This document shows positions 20,864-30,842 of a stretch of DNA of 64,000 bases, one piece after another. The stretch is from Nitrospirota bacterium (GTDB lineage: Bacteria; Nitrospirota; Thermodesulfovibrionia; Thermodesulfovibrionales; JdFR-88), in assembly GCA_021813405.1 (NCBI GenBank), contig JAKAKS010000008.1, positions 62,771 through 126,770 of the forward strand, written 5' to 3'. Each line of letters starts with the position of its first letter. The first letter of the stretch is position 1. The notes under the pieces are model-generated. The model did no database searches and was not told where the DNA came from. It saw only the letters and a program-made list of their open reading frames with translations. The position numbers and the translations under genes are program-made.

Positions 20864-22024
20864 TTATTTCGCCTCCGCCAGAATCTCCTCGGCGGCGGCA
20901 ACACCGGAGCCGAGCTTTATGGGGTGACCAAGGGTCTTCAGCGTCATTTCCACGGCGGCAATGGCCGTTATCACATCGAACACGCCGGCATAGCCCAGGT
21001 GCGCTATCCTGAAAACCTTGCCCTTGAGCTTGTCCTGCCCTCCGGCCGCCGTTACGCCGTATTTTTCCCTTAACGTTTTATATATGGCCTGGCCGTCCAC
21101 GCCATCGGGCGCGTTTACAGCCGTAACCGAATTGCTTGGGTTTTCCTGGGGATACAGGGTGAGCCCCGCAGCCTTCATCCCGTGCCTTGTTGCATGGGCA
21201 AGTTTGGCGTGGCGCGCAAAGACGTTTTGCAGGCCCTCCTGCTCCAGCATCCTGAGCGCCTCTTCCAGCCCGATTATAAGCGATACCGCCGGGGTGAAAT
21301 TGGTGGAGTTTTTATGCAGCCCCTCACGCTCTTTTTTAAGATTGAAGTAGAACCGCGGGAGCTTGGATTTTCCGTTCATCTCCCATGCCTTTTCAGAAAC
21401 GCTGAGGAAGGCCAGCCCCGGAGGCAGCATCAGCCCCTTCTGGGAGCCGCCCACCATCAGGTCCACACCCCAGGCGTCTGTTTTAAGGTCGTGCGCCACA
21501 AGCGCGCTTATCGCGTCCACAATGAAGAGGGCGCTGCTGTGTTCCTTTATTATCCTGCCCAGCTTCTCTATATCATGGTAAACGCCGGTGGAGGTCTCAA
21601 CAGCCTGCACGAACACACCTTTTATATCTTTATCTTCGGCAAGCGCCTTTTTTACGGCGTCCGGATCCACGGCGCGCCCCCATTCAACGGCTGTTTCCTT
21701 TACCGAGAGCCCGTAGGAGGAGCATATCTTGGTCCATCTTTCGCCGAATTTACCGCCGTTTATAACCAGTACGTGGTCGCCCTGGTTGAAGAAGTTATTC
21801 ACCGAGGCCACCATGGCCCCCGTGCCGCTGGAGGTGAGGATGATAACGTCATTTCCGGTCTGGAAGAGCTTTTTAAGCCCGTTTTTCGCCGATTCGAAGA
21901 TTGGCGTGAAATCCGGCGCCCTGTGGTGTATCATGGGCGCGGCCATCCTCAGCAGCACGTCGGGGGGAACGGGCGTAGGCCCTGGAGCCAGCAGGTAACG
22001 TTTAAGCATCTGGAAAACCTCCAA
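20864..22024 (-). CDS. Class V aminotransferase (AGXT/SerC-like; probable phosphoserine aminotransferase role)
   Basis: 386 aa. GGSQKGLMLPPG PLP-lysine region. Immediately upstream of serA. Confidence 0.8.
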   Translation of the reverse strand: MEVFQMLKRYLLAPGPTPVPPDVLLRMAAPMIHHRAPDFTPIFESAKNGLKKLFQTGNDVIILTSSGTGAMVASVNNFFNQGDHVLVINGGKFGERWTKICSSYGLSVKETAVEWGRAVDPDAVKKALAEDKDIKGVFVQAVETSTGVYHDIEKLGRIIKEHSSALFIVDAISALVAHDLKTDAWGVDLMVGGSQKGLMLPPGLAFLSVSEKAWEMNGKSKLPRFYFNLKKEREGLHKNSTNFTPAVSLIIGLEEALRMLEQEGLQNVFARHAKLAHATRHGMKAAGLTLYPQENPSNSVTAVNAPDGVDGQAIYKTLREKYGVTAAGGQDKLKGKVFRIAHLGYAGVFDVITAIAAVEMTLKTLGHPIKLGSGVAAAEEILAEAK

Positions 22025-22114
22025 AAGGGTTATAAACTTTTCTATTGAGCCATAAAAAGTAACACACGGGGGCTTTGAAGGTCAAGAAAGCGCTGTATAT
22101 GTTAAATTAGCTTT

Positions 22115-23680
22115 ATGCGTAAAGTGGAGATATACGATACCACATTAAGAGACGGGGCGCAGGCCGAGGACCTTTCTTTTTCCGTGGAGGACAAACTCAG
22201 GATTACCCGAAAGCTTGACGAGCTTGGGGTGGACTATATAGAAGGCGGGTGGCCGGTTTCCAACCCGCGGGAGGCGGAATTCTTCAAGAAGGTCCAAAAG
22301 GAAAAGCTCTCCCGCTCCAGGATGGCCGTCTTCGGCAGCACCCACAGGCCCAGGCATAAGGTATCGGAGGACCTGAGCATGCGGGCCATCCTTGAAAGCG
22401 GCGCCTCCATTGCAACCATATTTGGAAAGACCTGGGATTTCCATGTTAAAGAGGCGTTTAAAATCCCGCTTGCCGAGAACCTGGAGATTATCTATGAATC
22501 CGTAAGGTTTCTTAAAAAGCACATGGAGAAGGTCTTTTTCGATGCGGAGCATTTCTTTGACGGATATGCAGCCAATCCCGAATACGCCATTAAATGCCTC
22601 GATGCGGCGGCCCAGGCAGGGGCGGATTGCCTGGTTTTGTGCGACACAAACGGGGGGACGCTTCCAGGCAAACTTGCGGAGGCGGCAGCTTCCGTAAAGA
22701 AGATGAAGTCGCCATTCGGCATACATGCCCATAACGACTCAGAGTGCGCCGTAGCCAACTCGGTTGCGGCGGTCGGTTTGGGGGCCTCCCAGGTGCAGGG
22801 CACAATAAACGGCTACGGCGAGCGCTGCGGCAACGCCAATCTCTGCTCCATAATACCCAATCTGAAACTCAAGATGAACGTGGACAGCCGTGCCGGGCGG
22901 TCATTGGATAAACTGACCGAGATTTCACGTTACGTAAGCGAGATATCGAACCTGAGGCCGTTCAAGCGCCAGCCTTTTGTAGGCGACAGCGCATTTGCGC
23001 ACAAGGCCGGTGTGCACGTGAACGCGGTGATGAAACACCCTGGAACGTACGAGCACATAGACCCGGAGCTTGTCGGCAATTCAAGGCGGGTGCTCCTTTC
23101 GGACCTGGCCGGGAAGAGCAATATTCTCAGGAAAGCCAGGGAGTTCAAAATCGAAATGGACGAAAAATCCCCGCTTGTTGGCGAGATAGTCCGTTCGCTG
23201 AAGGAACTGGAGGGGCAGGGTTTTCAGTTCGAGGCGGCCGAGGCCAGTTTTGAGCTTTTAATGAAGAAGGCGCTGGGGCTGCACAGGCGGTTTTTTGACC
23301 TGGCCGGTTTCAGGGTGATCGTGGAAAAAAGAAAAGAGGGAGAGCCTTCTGTCAGCGAGGCCACAATAATGCTGAAGGTGGGCGGGCATGTGGAGCATAC
23401 TGCCGCAACCGGCGACGGCCCGGTAAACGCGCTTGATAACGCTTTAAGAAAGGCATTGGAAAAGTTCTACCCGGAGCTGAAGGAGGTAAAACTCCAGGAC
23501 TACAAGGTGAGGGTGCTTACGACGGGCAAGGGCACATTCGCCAAGGTGCGGGTATTGATAGAATCCGGAGACGGAAAGCTCAAATGGGGGACGGTGGGGG
23601 TTTCGGAGAACATAATAGAGGCGTCTTACCAGGCGCTTGTGGACAGCATAGAATACAAGCTTTTAAAAGAAGAGGCCTAG
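22115..23680 (+). CDS. cimA: Citramalate synthase (long form)
   Basis: 521 aa. HMGL-like barrel ([15 protein letters not shown]) plus a LeuA-type C-terminal regulatory domain. Confidence 0.8.
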   Translation: MRKVEIYDTTLRDGAQAEDLSFSVEDKLRITRKLDELGVDYIEGGWPVSNPREAEFFKKVQKEKLSRSRMAVFGSTHRPRHKVSEDLSMRAILESGASIATIFGKTWDFHVKEAFKIPLAENLEIIYESVRFLKKHMEKVFFDAEHFFDGYAANPEYAIKCLDAAAQAGADCLVLCDTNGGTLPGKLAEAAASVKKMKSPFGIHAHNDSECAVANSVAAVGLGASQVQGTINGYGERCGNANLCSIIPNLKLKMNVDSRAGRSLDKLTEISRYVSEISNLRPFKRQPFVGDSAFAHKAGVHVNAVMKHPGTYEHIDPELVGNSRRVLLSDLAGKSNILRKAREFKIEMDEKSPLVGEIVRSLKELEGQGFQFEAAEASFELLMKKALGLHRRFFDLAGFRVIVEKRKEGEPSVSEATIMLKVGGHVEHTAATGDGPVNALDNALRKALEKFYPELKEVKLQDYKVRVLTTGKGTFAKVRVLIESGDGKLKWGTVGVSENIIEASYQALVDSIEYKLLKEEA

Positions 23681-23689
23681 CCAGTAAAA

Positions 23690-24916
23690 ATGCAGAAGAC
23701 CTTCGTTCTGGACACAAGTGTTCTGGTGCATGACCCGGACGCGATCCATAAATTCGAGGACAACAGGGTAATAATCCCGATAACCGTAATCGAGGAACTG
23801 GACGGCCTTAAAAGAGGGCACGGCTCAGTTGCCTATTCCGTGCGCGAGGCGCTCAGAAATGTTGATGCGCTGAGGCAGCACGGCAATCTTTCAAAAGGGA
23901 TAACCCTTCCAAACGGAGGGTTTTTAAGGATAGCCCTGCAAGTCCAGAACGGAAACCTTACCGCGGACGACAAGATTATAAAAACTGCGCTGGAACTGGC
24001 GTCCTCAAAAGGGGCGGCCCCTGTGATAGTGGTTTCCAAGGACACGGCGGTGAGGATAAAGTCCGAGGCGCTTGGGATAGGGGCGCAGGACTACACTCAC
24101 GACAAGACATCCTTATTCCAGGAGTACGGGAAAATACTTTCCGCAGATATAAGCGGAGGGATCACGTCTGTAAGATACCTGCTTTCCGGCGACCGGATAT
24201 TCAGGCTGTGGGACGCCGGCAACCAGGCGCAGATCAAAAGGCAAAGGGCTGTTTCCGGCATATTGCCCAGGAACATCGAGCAGGAGTGCGCGATAGATGC
24301 CCTTACCGCGGAAGAGATAAGCGTGGTTGCCCTTACAGGCCATGCCGGTACCGGCAAAACACTTCTTGCGCTTGCGGCCGGGCTGTTCATGAAGGAGAAG
24401 GACGATTACGAGCAGGTTCTTGTGGCCCGCCCCGTGGTCCCGATGGGGCAGGATCTGGGATTTCTGCCAGGCGACGTGGAGGAGAAGCTGCGCCCATGGA
24501 TGCAGCCGATATTTGACAACCTTGATGTCATAGTTGCCACGCCGTCCGGACATAAGGATGAAAAGCCGGTATCGCGGTACAGAAGCTCCAATTACCTGGT
24601 GGAATCCGGAGCGGTGCACATAGAGCCGCTAACTTATATCAGGGGCAGAAGCCTGCCGCGCAGGTACATGATTATAGACGAGGCTCAGAACTTACGGCCC
24701 CTGGATGTGAAGACCATTCTTACAAGAGCGGGCGAGGGCACGAAAGTCATCTTCACCGGGGACCTGGACCAGATAGACACCCCTTATCTGGATTCCCATT
24801 CAAACGGGCTTTCCTACCTGATCGGCAGGTTTATAAACGAGCCCAATTTCTGCTACCTGAATCTGGTTAAAAGCGCCAGGAGTCCCCTGGCTGAGAGGGC
24901 GGCGGAACTGCTGTAA
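23690..24916 (+). CDS. PhoH-like ATPase with N-terminal PIN domain (YlaK-type)
   Basis: 408 aa. PIN-like FVLDTSVLVHDP. Walker A GHAGTGKT. IIDEAQN Walker B. Confidence 0.85.
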   Translation: MQKTFVLDTSVLVHDPDAIHKFEDNRVIIPITVIEELDGLKRGHGSVAYSVREALRNVDALRQHGNLSKGITLPNGGFLRIALQVQNGNLTADDKIIKTALELASSKGAAPVIVVSKDTAVRIKSEALGIGAQDYTHDKTSLFQEYGKILSADISGGITSVRYLLSGDRIFRLWDAGNQAQIKRQRAVSGILPRNIEQECAIDALTAEEISVVALTGHAGTGKTLLALAAGLFMKEKDDYEQVLVARPVVPMGQDLGFLPGDVEEKLRPWMQPIFDNLDVIVATPSGHKDEKPVSRYRSSNYLVESGAVHIEPLTYIRGRSLPRRYMIIDEAQNLRPLDVKTILTRAGEGTKVIFTGDLDQIDTPYLDSHSNGLSYLIGRFINEPNFCYLNLVKSARSPLAERAAELL

Positions 24917-24920
24917 AAAA

Positions 24921-25280
24921 CTAACCGCTCAGGCAGTTTTCGATCAAGGCCCTTAATTTCGCCAGATCGAACGGCTTGTCTATGTATTGCATCTGTTTTT
25001 CGTTTTTCTGGAGCTCGTCTATCTTGTCGAAATAGGCGGTCATGATAATCACCGGTATCCCAAGACGGGCGCTTATTATCTTTCCGGCCTCGATTCCGTC
25101 CATCTTGCCGCGCATCCTTATATCCATCAATACGGCATCCGGATGCTCCGATTCTGCCAGCGCCAGCGCCTCTCTTCCTGATTGCACCGGCCCGCATACG
25201 CCATAGCCCCACATACCAAGCAGTTCGGTAAGCCCCTTGGCCGTGTTTATCTCGTCTTCAGCTATCAAAATACGTTTCAA
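24921..25280 (-). CDS. Single-domain response regulator (receiver)
   Basis: 119 aa. ILIAEDE, phospho-acceptor in VLMDIRM, conserved K in IDKPF. Confidence 0.85.
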   Translation of the reverse strand: MKRILIAEDEINTAKGLTELLGMWGYGVCGPVQSGREALALAESEHPDAVLMDIRMRGKMDGIEAGKIISARLGIPVIIMTAYFDKIDELQKNEKQMQYIDKPFDLAKLRALIENCLSG

Positions 25281-25471
25281 TTTATTCCACCGAGAAAAAA
25301 TTTAATAAGACTATCATTGCATGGTCATTTGCGCCAGTCCCCATTTGGGGCATGGGAATCTAAATAAAATCATAATTTCAGATTGGTGATAGAATATGGC
25401 TGTAAGGGATAATTGCTCAGTTTTTTTAATTGGCCTGACTGGCCGTTGTCCTTGTGTGTGCAGGTGAGGAA

Positions 25472-25993
25472 ATGGACCGCACAATTGATGCAAGGATAAA
25501 AGATGCGATTGAAGCTTTTGAAAAGCTTCAAAAGAAATCACCTTTTATTTTTATCCACGATGGCGATTACTGGCTAAACCCTCACGCCAGGAAGCTTATC
25601 CACCGCAAGGCCATACCTGTTGACGATTTCATTGCATGGCTCAAGATAGGCGTTGCCCACCTGAAGAAATTCTCATATGATGATTTGACTATAAATATGG
25701 CGCAATTGCCGGGGGGTGCCGTTTTGGTTTTTTTGCAGCAGGAGGATAAAGGGGCCGGCGCCTGCCCCAGGGTGGATCTCACTATTAAGGAAAGGGAAGT
25801 GCTACGCCTTGTTATACGAGGGTTTTCCAACAAGAAGATTGCCGAATCTATGAGGATAAGCCCGCAAACTGTAAATGCCCACCTGGACCATGTGTACCAG
25901 AAGCTTGGCTGCTCAAACAGGGCGGCGGCCGTTACAATTGGGTTGAAGAACGGCCTTTTCCTTCCCCGGCGCGGTGAAAATAAACATTCCTGA
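25472..25993 (+). CDS. LuxR-family transcriptional regulator with an uncharacterised N-terminal domain
   Basis: C-terminal HTH LTIKEREVLRLVIRGFSNKKIAESMRISPQTVNAHLDHVYQKLG. ATG 25472 lies behind GGTGAGGA (the ORF-track start at 25454 is also possible). Confidence 0.75.
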   Translation: MDRTIDARIKDAIEAFEKLQKKSPFIFIHDGDYWLNPHARKLIHRKAIPVDDFIAWLKIGVAHLKKFSYDDLTINMAQLPGGAVLVFLQQEDKGAGACPRVDLTIKEREVLRLVIRGFSNKKIAESMRISPQTVNAHLDHVYQKLGCSNRAAAVTIGLKNGLFLPRRGENKHS

Positions 25994-26066
25994 GTTTCCG
26001 CATTCCCTCCATTTGTGCTGTATAATTTTCTAGTTTGACCTGACCGGGTTTATTCCGGGGATCGGC

Positions 26067-26891
26067 ATGGGAATGGATTTTCCGACCATAAGTTATCTCA
26101 TCCTCACATATACGGCATTGTCCGTGTTTACGGCAGGGATTCTCTGGAATCTTGTTGCGCATCGGGATAAAATTGCGCCGGCAGCGGCCAGGCCCGGAAG
26201 GGCAATACGCCTGCTGTATTCATTCATGATTGCCTGCATGGCATTTGCCATGCTGAGGCATGCAAGATTAGTCCTTAATCCCATTCCGGCCTGCCTTGCG
26301 GAATTCCAGAGTATAGGGTTGTACGGAGAATGCCTGCTCCCTTTTGTTGCCCTTGCGCTTTTGGCGGCTTATGCCAGGTATGAAGGCCCGGCCAGTGATG
26401 TTATTGCGCAGTGGATTGCCGCAGGCCTTCTGTTTCTGACCGCAGCTTCCGGATGGGCCGTTAAATACCTGGCTGGCAGCGCTGTTTCAGATGTGAAGAA
26501 TTTTCTTGTTGGCGCCCTCGCGTTCCGCCCGGCGCCAATTGATACGCATCCGCTTTTTCTGCTCCATTACACTTTATTCCTGGCCCTTGCGGCTTGTGCT
26601 CCGTTTGCCCGTATTCCAAAAGTGGTCTCAATCTCCTGCATGATTGTTATGGCTGGAATGCTGGTCGCGGCCAGGCCAAATCCTCAGATGCGCACGGCCA
26701 GTGGTTCTGATGCCGCAGCTCCCCGCAATCATTATCCGGTGGATTACTGGGTGAGAAGTCATGGTGAGATATTAACAGGATCGCGCGAATTCGGCATCGG
26801 GGAGTGCTGGTTATGCCATAATGCTGATGCTTCCTGCAATAACTGCCATAAGTATGTTGGCGTTCCAACCGTCCGGCAGGTGCTTGAATAG
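26067..26891 (+). CDS. Polytopic membrane protein with two C-terminal CXXCH motifs (putative dihaem c domain)
   Basis: 274 aa, several TM helices. C-terminal CWLCH and CNNCH. Confidence 0.6.
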   Translation: MGMDFPTISYLILTYTALSVFTAGILWNLVAHRDKIAPAAARPGRAIRLLYSFMIACMAFAMLRHARLVLNPIPACLAEFQSIGLYGECLLPFVALALLAAYARYEGPASDVIAQWIAAGLLFLTAASGWAVKYLAGSAVSDVKNFLVGALAFRPAPIDTHPLFLLHYTLFLALAACAPFARIPKVVSISCMIVMAGMLVAARPNPQMRTASGSDAAAPRNHYPVDYWVRSHGEILTGSREFGIGECWLCHNADASCNNCHKYVGVPTVRQVLE

Positions 26892-29207
26892 ATGAAACGG
26901 CATCTTTTAAAGATTTTCTTTATGGTGCAGCTGGTTTTACTTGTGCCTGGCTTATCCCATGCGGGGCAGGCCTACTTCTGCATCCAGTGCCATACGGCAG
27001 CACAGGTGGACAGCATGGCCGGGCAGCTCCCCGGCGGCGGGGCCAGCCTTTACCGCGCAAGCCATGACCCATGCCCGGCTTTAAGCAAAGTGAGAACCGA
27101 TATGTTTCTGACTGAAAGCCGGATATTGAGAACACAGTATGTCATCAGCCAGCCGGGAGCATGGGGAAGGCAGGGATTGGCCGGTTTCGATGGGGAACTG
27201 GACAGGCTCTACATACTTTTTCAGGATGTGAAATCGGGCTATCCAGCCAACCTGTCGGCCGGTGCCGTAACCGCCGGTCTTGCCGGGATAAACGCTGAAG
27301 TAAACCATATCTGGACAGAAGTTGACAGCGCACGCAACGGCATCCGGGAAGGCGAGGCAATTGTGGCTGGCGTACTGGGGCTTCTGCTCCTTGCGGCCGC
27401 TGTGTTTCCATTCTTAAGAAAACTGTCTTTTCGCGTGGGCAATAGCCTCCTGCTGCTGCTGATATCCCTTGTTCTTTTATCCTGCTCTTCTTCCCAGAGT
27501 GACGAGGCGTTTTATTCCGGGCAGATAGCAAAGGCCGATTACTTTTCAAAAGCGTCCGAAAACATGGCCTGGCGGTCTTGGGAGGCGGCCAGGCTGGCCT
27601 TCATTACAACTGACAGCGCAGAAAGTGATGCGCTTGTCTCTAAGGCGGTTACAATGGCCCGTTCGCTTGCGGCCCCGGATGAAATCAGGTATTCCCAAAC
27701 ACTTGTTCAACAGTCTGCCCAGTGGCCGCCGTATTGGAAAATGCGCGCTCTGCGTGCCGCGCAAAGGCTGGCAGCCGATGCGGGGACGGGCTGGCCGTTG
27801 AGGGCCATAGGCTCGTTAATGGCCCGGGCAGGGCGGGATGATGAGGCAAAGAAACTGATCCTGGAATCCGCCGCCATTTCCGGCAGGCTTGCGGCCACCC
27901 GTTACAGGGATGATGAACTTAAGGCGGCCTCTGTGGACCTCTGCGGGTTTGACCCGCCGGATGCGCTTGCAGTATCAAAAAAAATAAGCTCGCCTGTGAT
28001 AAAAGCTGCCGCTTTAAGGGAAATGGGGGGACGGCTTGGCTCTGTGCTGATGATAAGAAGCGCCCTTTTAAGGCTTGAGCAGGCCGGGCCGGTACGGGCG
28101 GGCAGGCTTTATAAAAAAGCAATTGAATCCGGCAAGATTGCCGCGGCCCTTGCCAGGGCCGGAGATCGGGATGGCGCAGAACAAGCCATTGATTTTGCTC
28201 TGGCAACGGCAAGTTCAACCGGGCCAGATATAAAGGCATTTGCCCTTGACGCACTGGCCGGATATGCGGCCCGGTTTGACCCTGGTAAGGCCCTGGCAAT
28301 CGCCGGGCAGATAGGCAAGGAATTCCCGGAACAGCGGCTGGAAGCAAGGCTTGCCGTTGCAGGCTCAAAGCGCAATCCCACGCGCGAAGAGCTTTTGTCC
28401 GTTATCAATGAGGCCGGCCTGATAAAAGACATTTACATCCATGACAGGATATTGGCCAGGGCTGTTTACATGCTTGGGGAAACCGCCCCGGAGGAAGCGC
28501 TTAAACAATCAGCCTTAAACCCTTTTAATTTCCGTCAGATGCGTTCAAAGGCCCTTTCATCCGCTTTCGCCCGCCTGGTTTCTGAAGGGGAAAGCGGCTG
28601 GCAAAAAAAGATAAACGTCTTTATTCCGGATGCGTACTGGCGCGCGCAGGCGTATTGCAGGGCGGCGCGCACGCGTGGGGAAGAACATGGCTTCAGGCGT
28701 ACATCGGCCCTTTTTTCCAGGGCCATGCGCGAGGCCAGGCTGGCAAAAAGCGAATTTTTGCCCTGGCCGATTGCCATGAACTGGGGGGCGCTGTGGCTTC
28801 AGTTCAACGATATGCCGCCTGGCCAGCTCCGGGAAGAACTAACAAGCAGGCTGGCCAATCTGGGTTACGGCACGGATGTTTCCGGACAGGAATTTCCCAG
28901 CCAGGGCGGCGAGGAAGATTTTGAGCGGATTTTGCGCTCCGCGCACCCTTATTTTGCCGCAGCATGGCTTGATAAGATAGCCAGGAGGCTGTATTTGGCA
29001 GGCGAAACCGGGGCGGCAAGAGAGGCGTATTCATTGGCTGTGATGAAATCGCGCGGGATAAAGGACGCTTTTTTAAGAGGAGAGATTTCCTCCGCTCTTG
29101 CAAAAAACGGGCTTATCATAGATAATAAAAATGCTCGCGCGGCCTTCGAAACCGCTTTGGATGCGGCCAGTCTGACAGGCCCCTTGCAAGGAAGCAGTGC
29201 TCCCTAA
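26892..29207 (+). CDS. Large Ala-rich helical-repeat protein with an N-terminal CXXCH motif and internal TM segments
   Basis: 771 aa. Signal peptide, CIQCH at residues 30-34, two hydrophobic helices around residues 155-200, then about 570 aa of Ala/Arg/Leu-rich repeats. The start abuts the previous stop. Confidence 0.6.
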   Translation: MKRHLLKIFFMVQLVLLVPGLSHAGQAYFCIQCHTAAQVDSMAGQLPGGGASLYRASHDPCPALSKVRTDMFLTESRILRTQYVISQPGAWGRQGLAGFDGELDRLYILFQDVKSGYPANLSAGAVTAGLAGINAEVNHIWTEVDSARNGIREGEAIVAGVLGLLLLAAAVFPFLRKLSFRVGNSLLLLLISLVLLSCSSSQSDEAFYSGQIAKADYFSKASENMAWRSWEAARLAFITTDSAESDALVSKAVTMARSLAAPDEIRYSQTLVQQSAQWPPYWKMRALRAAQRLAADAGTGWPLRAIGSLMARAGRDDEAKKLILESAAISGRLAATRYRDDELKAASVDLCGFDPPDALAVSKKISSPVIKAAALREMGGRLGSVLMIRSALLRLEQAGPVRAGRLYKKAIESGKIAAALARAGDRDGAEQAIDFALATASSTGPDIKAFALDALAGYAARFDPGKALAIAGQIGKEFPEQRLEARLAVAGSKRNPTREELLSVINEAGLIKDIYIHDRILARAVYMLGETAPEEALKQSALNPFNFRQMRSKALSSAFARLVSEGESGWQKKINVFIPDAYWRAQAYCRAARTRGEEHGFRRTSALFSRAMREARLAKSEFLPWPIAMNWGALWLQFNDMPPGQLREELTSRLANLGYGTDVSGQEFPSQGGEEDFERILRSAHPYFAAAWLDKIARRLYLAGETGAAREAYSLAVMKSRGIKDAFLRGEISSALAKNGLIIDNKNARAAFETALDAASLTGPLQGSSAP

Positions 29208-29232
29208 AATTTAATAGGAGGTGAACCGGCCA

Positions 29233-29418
29233 ATGTACCTGGTCAGCGTTGATGTAAACAAGTGTACAGGGTGCGAGGAATGCGTGAACGTGTGCCCTAA
29301 CAGCGTCTTTCAGATGACCGATGGGAAATCCGATCCGTATCAGGGTTCCGAGTGCGTGTTTTGTGAAAGCTGCCTCGGCGTATGCCCTTCTGCCGCAATC
29401 ACGATTACAGAAATGTAA
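29233..29418 (+). CDS. 2x[4Fe-4S] ferredoxin
   Basis: CTGCEECVNVCP and CVFCESCLGVCP motifs. AGGAGG upstream (GTG 29221 is an alternative start). Confidence 0.85.
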   Translation: MYLVSVDVNKCTGCEECVNVCPNSVFQMTDGKSDPYQGSECVFCESCLGVCPSAAITITEM

Positions 29419-29424
29419 TTTCAA

Positions 29425-29467
29425 CCGGGGATGCGGCCGACCCCAGGGTCCGGCCTCCCCGGTTTTT
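29425..29467 (+). terminator. Rho-independent terminator after the ferredoxin gene
   Basis: CCGGGGA...TCCCCGG stem with a GC-rich inner stem, followed by TTTTT. Confidence 0.75.
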
Positions 29468-29646
29468 AATTGCCTCCTCTTTTGTGCTCCAGATCAAGTA
29501 AAAACGTGTAATGTCCCTGCTTTAATTTTTCCCCGCCGCCGGGCCCAGTGGCGCTCCTGCTGTTTCTTAAGTCACTGTTTTTTTTAAATTTCTTTTATAT
29601 AATAACTAAACTAATTTATTAATTTAATTAATTTTCAGGAGGTAAA

Positions 29647-29955
29647 ATGAAGGTTAACTGTTGGGAATTTAAAAAGTGCGGCCGAGAGGCGGGCGGGGCC
29701 AATGCAAAGCAGCTCGGTGTTTGTCCTGCTTCCGTAAATGATCCGCTGCACGGAGTGCATGGAGGCGTAAAAGGAGGCAGGGCCTGCTGGGTGATCTCCG
29801 GTACCCTCTGCGAAGGCACGCTCCAGGGCACTTTTGCAAGGAAATTTGGTTCATGCAAGGAGTGCGAGTTCTATCAGCTGGTAAAAAAAGAAGAGTCTCC
29901 CAATTTCATGCTTTCAGCCACATTGCTAGCCAAGGTAGGCAAGGCGGCGTCCTAG
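29647..29955 (+). CDS. Stand-alone Cys-rich protein resembling the two-CW domain
   Basis: 102 aa. NCWEFKKCGRE ... RACWVISGTLCEG ... GSCKECEFY (7 Cys). Strong RBS AGGAGG, very AT-rich upstream region. Confidence 0.75.
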   Translation: MKVNCWEFKKCGREAGGANAKQLGVCPASVNDPLHGVHGGVKGGRACWVISGTLCEGTLQGTFARKFGSCKECEFYQLVKKEESPNFMLSATLLAKVGKAAS

Positions 29956-29969
29956 AAAAAGAAAATGAA

Positions 29970-30006
29970 AAGGGGCTAACCTCAATGGCTAGCCCCTTAT
30001 TTTTTG
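29970..30006 (+). terminator. Rho-independent terminator
   Basis: AAGGGGCTA-N11-TAGCCCCTT followed by ATTTTTTG. Confidence 0.8.
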
Positions 30007-30111
30007 CAATAGGCACGGGCGTCAATAAGAAGGTCTAAATTTCACTTTCAGGATACCTCGACCAACGCGCGTAATTTCAGGTGCATCAAACATTAGCGGT
30101 CCGCCGTAAAC

Positions 30112-30139
30112 ATGACATGAAAATCATGGCATATGTAAT
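30112..30139. promoter_or_regulatory. PAL motif copy 3 (degenerate)
   Basis: ATGACA-N8-ATGGCATATGTAAT. Confidence 0.4.
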
Positions 30140-30154
30140 ATAAAAAGAAAGGGG
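30112..30154 (+). repeat. Miniature/degenerate R2 element (PAL fused directly to the A-rich tail)
   Basis: ATGACATGAAAATCATGGCATATGTAATATAAAAAGAAAGGGG. It ends 14 nt from the stop of the convergent methyltransferase gene. Confidence 0.45.
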
Positions 30155-30167
30155 ATGGGCCTGCCAA

Positions 30168-30824
30168 TCACCTTCCATCGGTCCTGGCAACTGCCGGTTT
30201 TACCGCCTTTACCACCACAAACGAGCCCTCGCCGCGGCCTTCCTTTGCAGGCTCAATGGATTTTAAATCAGCCGGGTTGGTAAAGAGCGTCTGGACTATG
30301 CGGAAATCCGTGAACCCGGTGTCCTTAAGGAAGGCCACAACTTCGTCCACCGAATAGAATGTGGCAGGTCCGTAAAAGACGCTTTCGTTTTTATGTGCCT
30401 GGTAGAAAGCCCCGAGCGGGCTGTCCTTGTCTATAAGCCCGATTATCAATGCGCCGCCTGGCTTGAGCACACGGTACGCTTCTTTCACAGCCAGCCCCGG
30501 GTTGTCCACAAAACATATGGTTGTTACCATCAGGGCGAAATCGAACATGGAATCGTTGAATGGAAGCGCCTCAGCCACGCCATTTGTCACATTTATGCCC
30601 CGCTGGCTGGCTATGGCGCCCATGGCCTCTGAAGGCTCAATTCCATTTTTTATGCCGAGGGGGGCGGCAAACCGGCCGCTGCCAACCCCGATTTCCAGAC
30701 CGTCGCCCTGTCCGGGCAGCAGCGGCCTTATGGCTTCCAGTTCGGACTGATATGCAAACCTGTTTCGCTGGAACCAGGCTTCGTACTTTGCTGCATGGCT
30801 GTCAAACGGACCGGTTTTGGGCAT
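30168..30824 (-). CDS. Class I SAM-dependent methyltransferase
   Basis: 218 aa. Motif I LEIGVGSGRF and post-I/II regions (LKPGGALIIG). Confidence 0.85.
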   Translation of the reverse strand: MPKTGPFDSHAAKYEAWFQRNRFAYQSELEAIRPLLPGQGDGLEIGVGSGRFAAPLGIKNGIEPSEAMGAIASQRGINVTNGVAEALPFNDSMFDFALMVTTICFVDNPGLAVKEAYRVLKPGGALIIGLIDKDSPLGAFYQAHKNESVFYGPATFYSVDEVVAFLKDTGFTDFRIVQTLFTNPADLKSIEPAKEGRGEGSFVVVKAVKPAVARTDGR

Positions 30825-30842
30825 TGCCGTGCCCCTGTTTTC

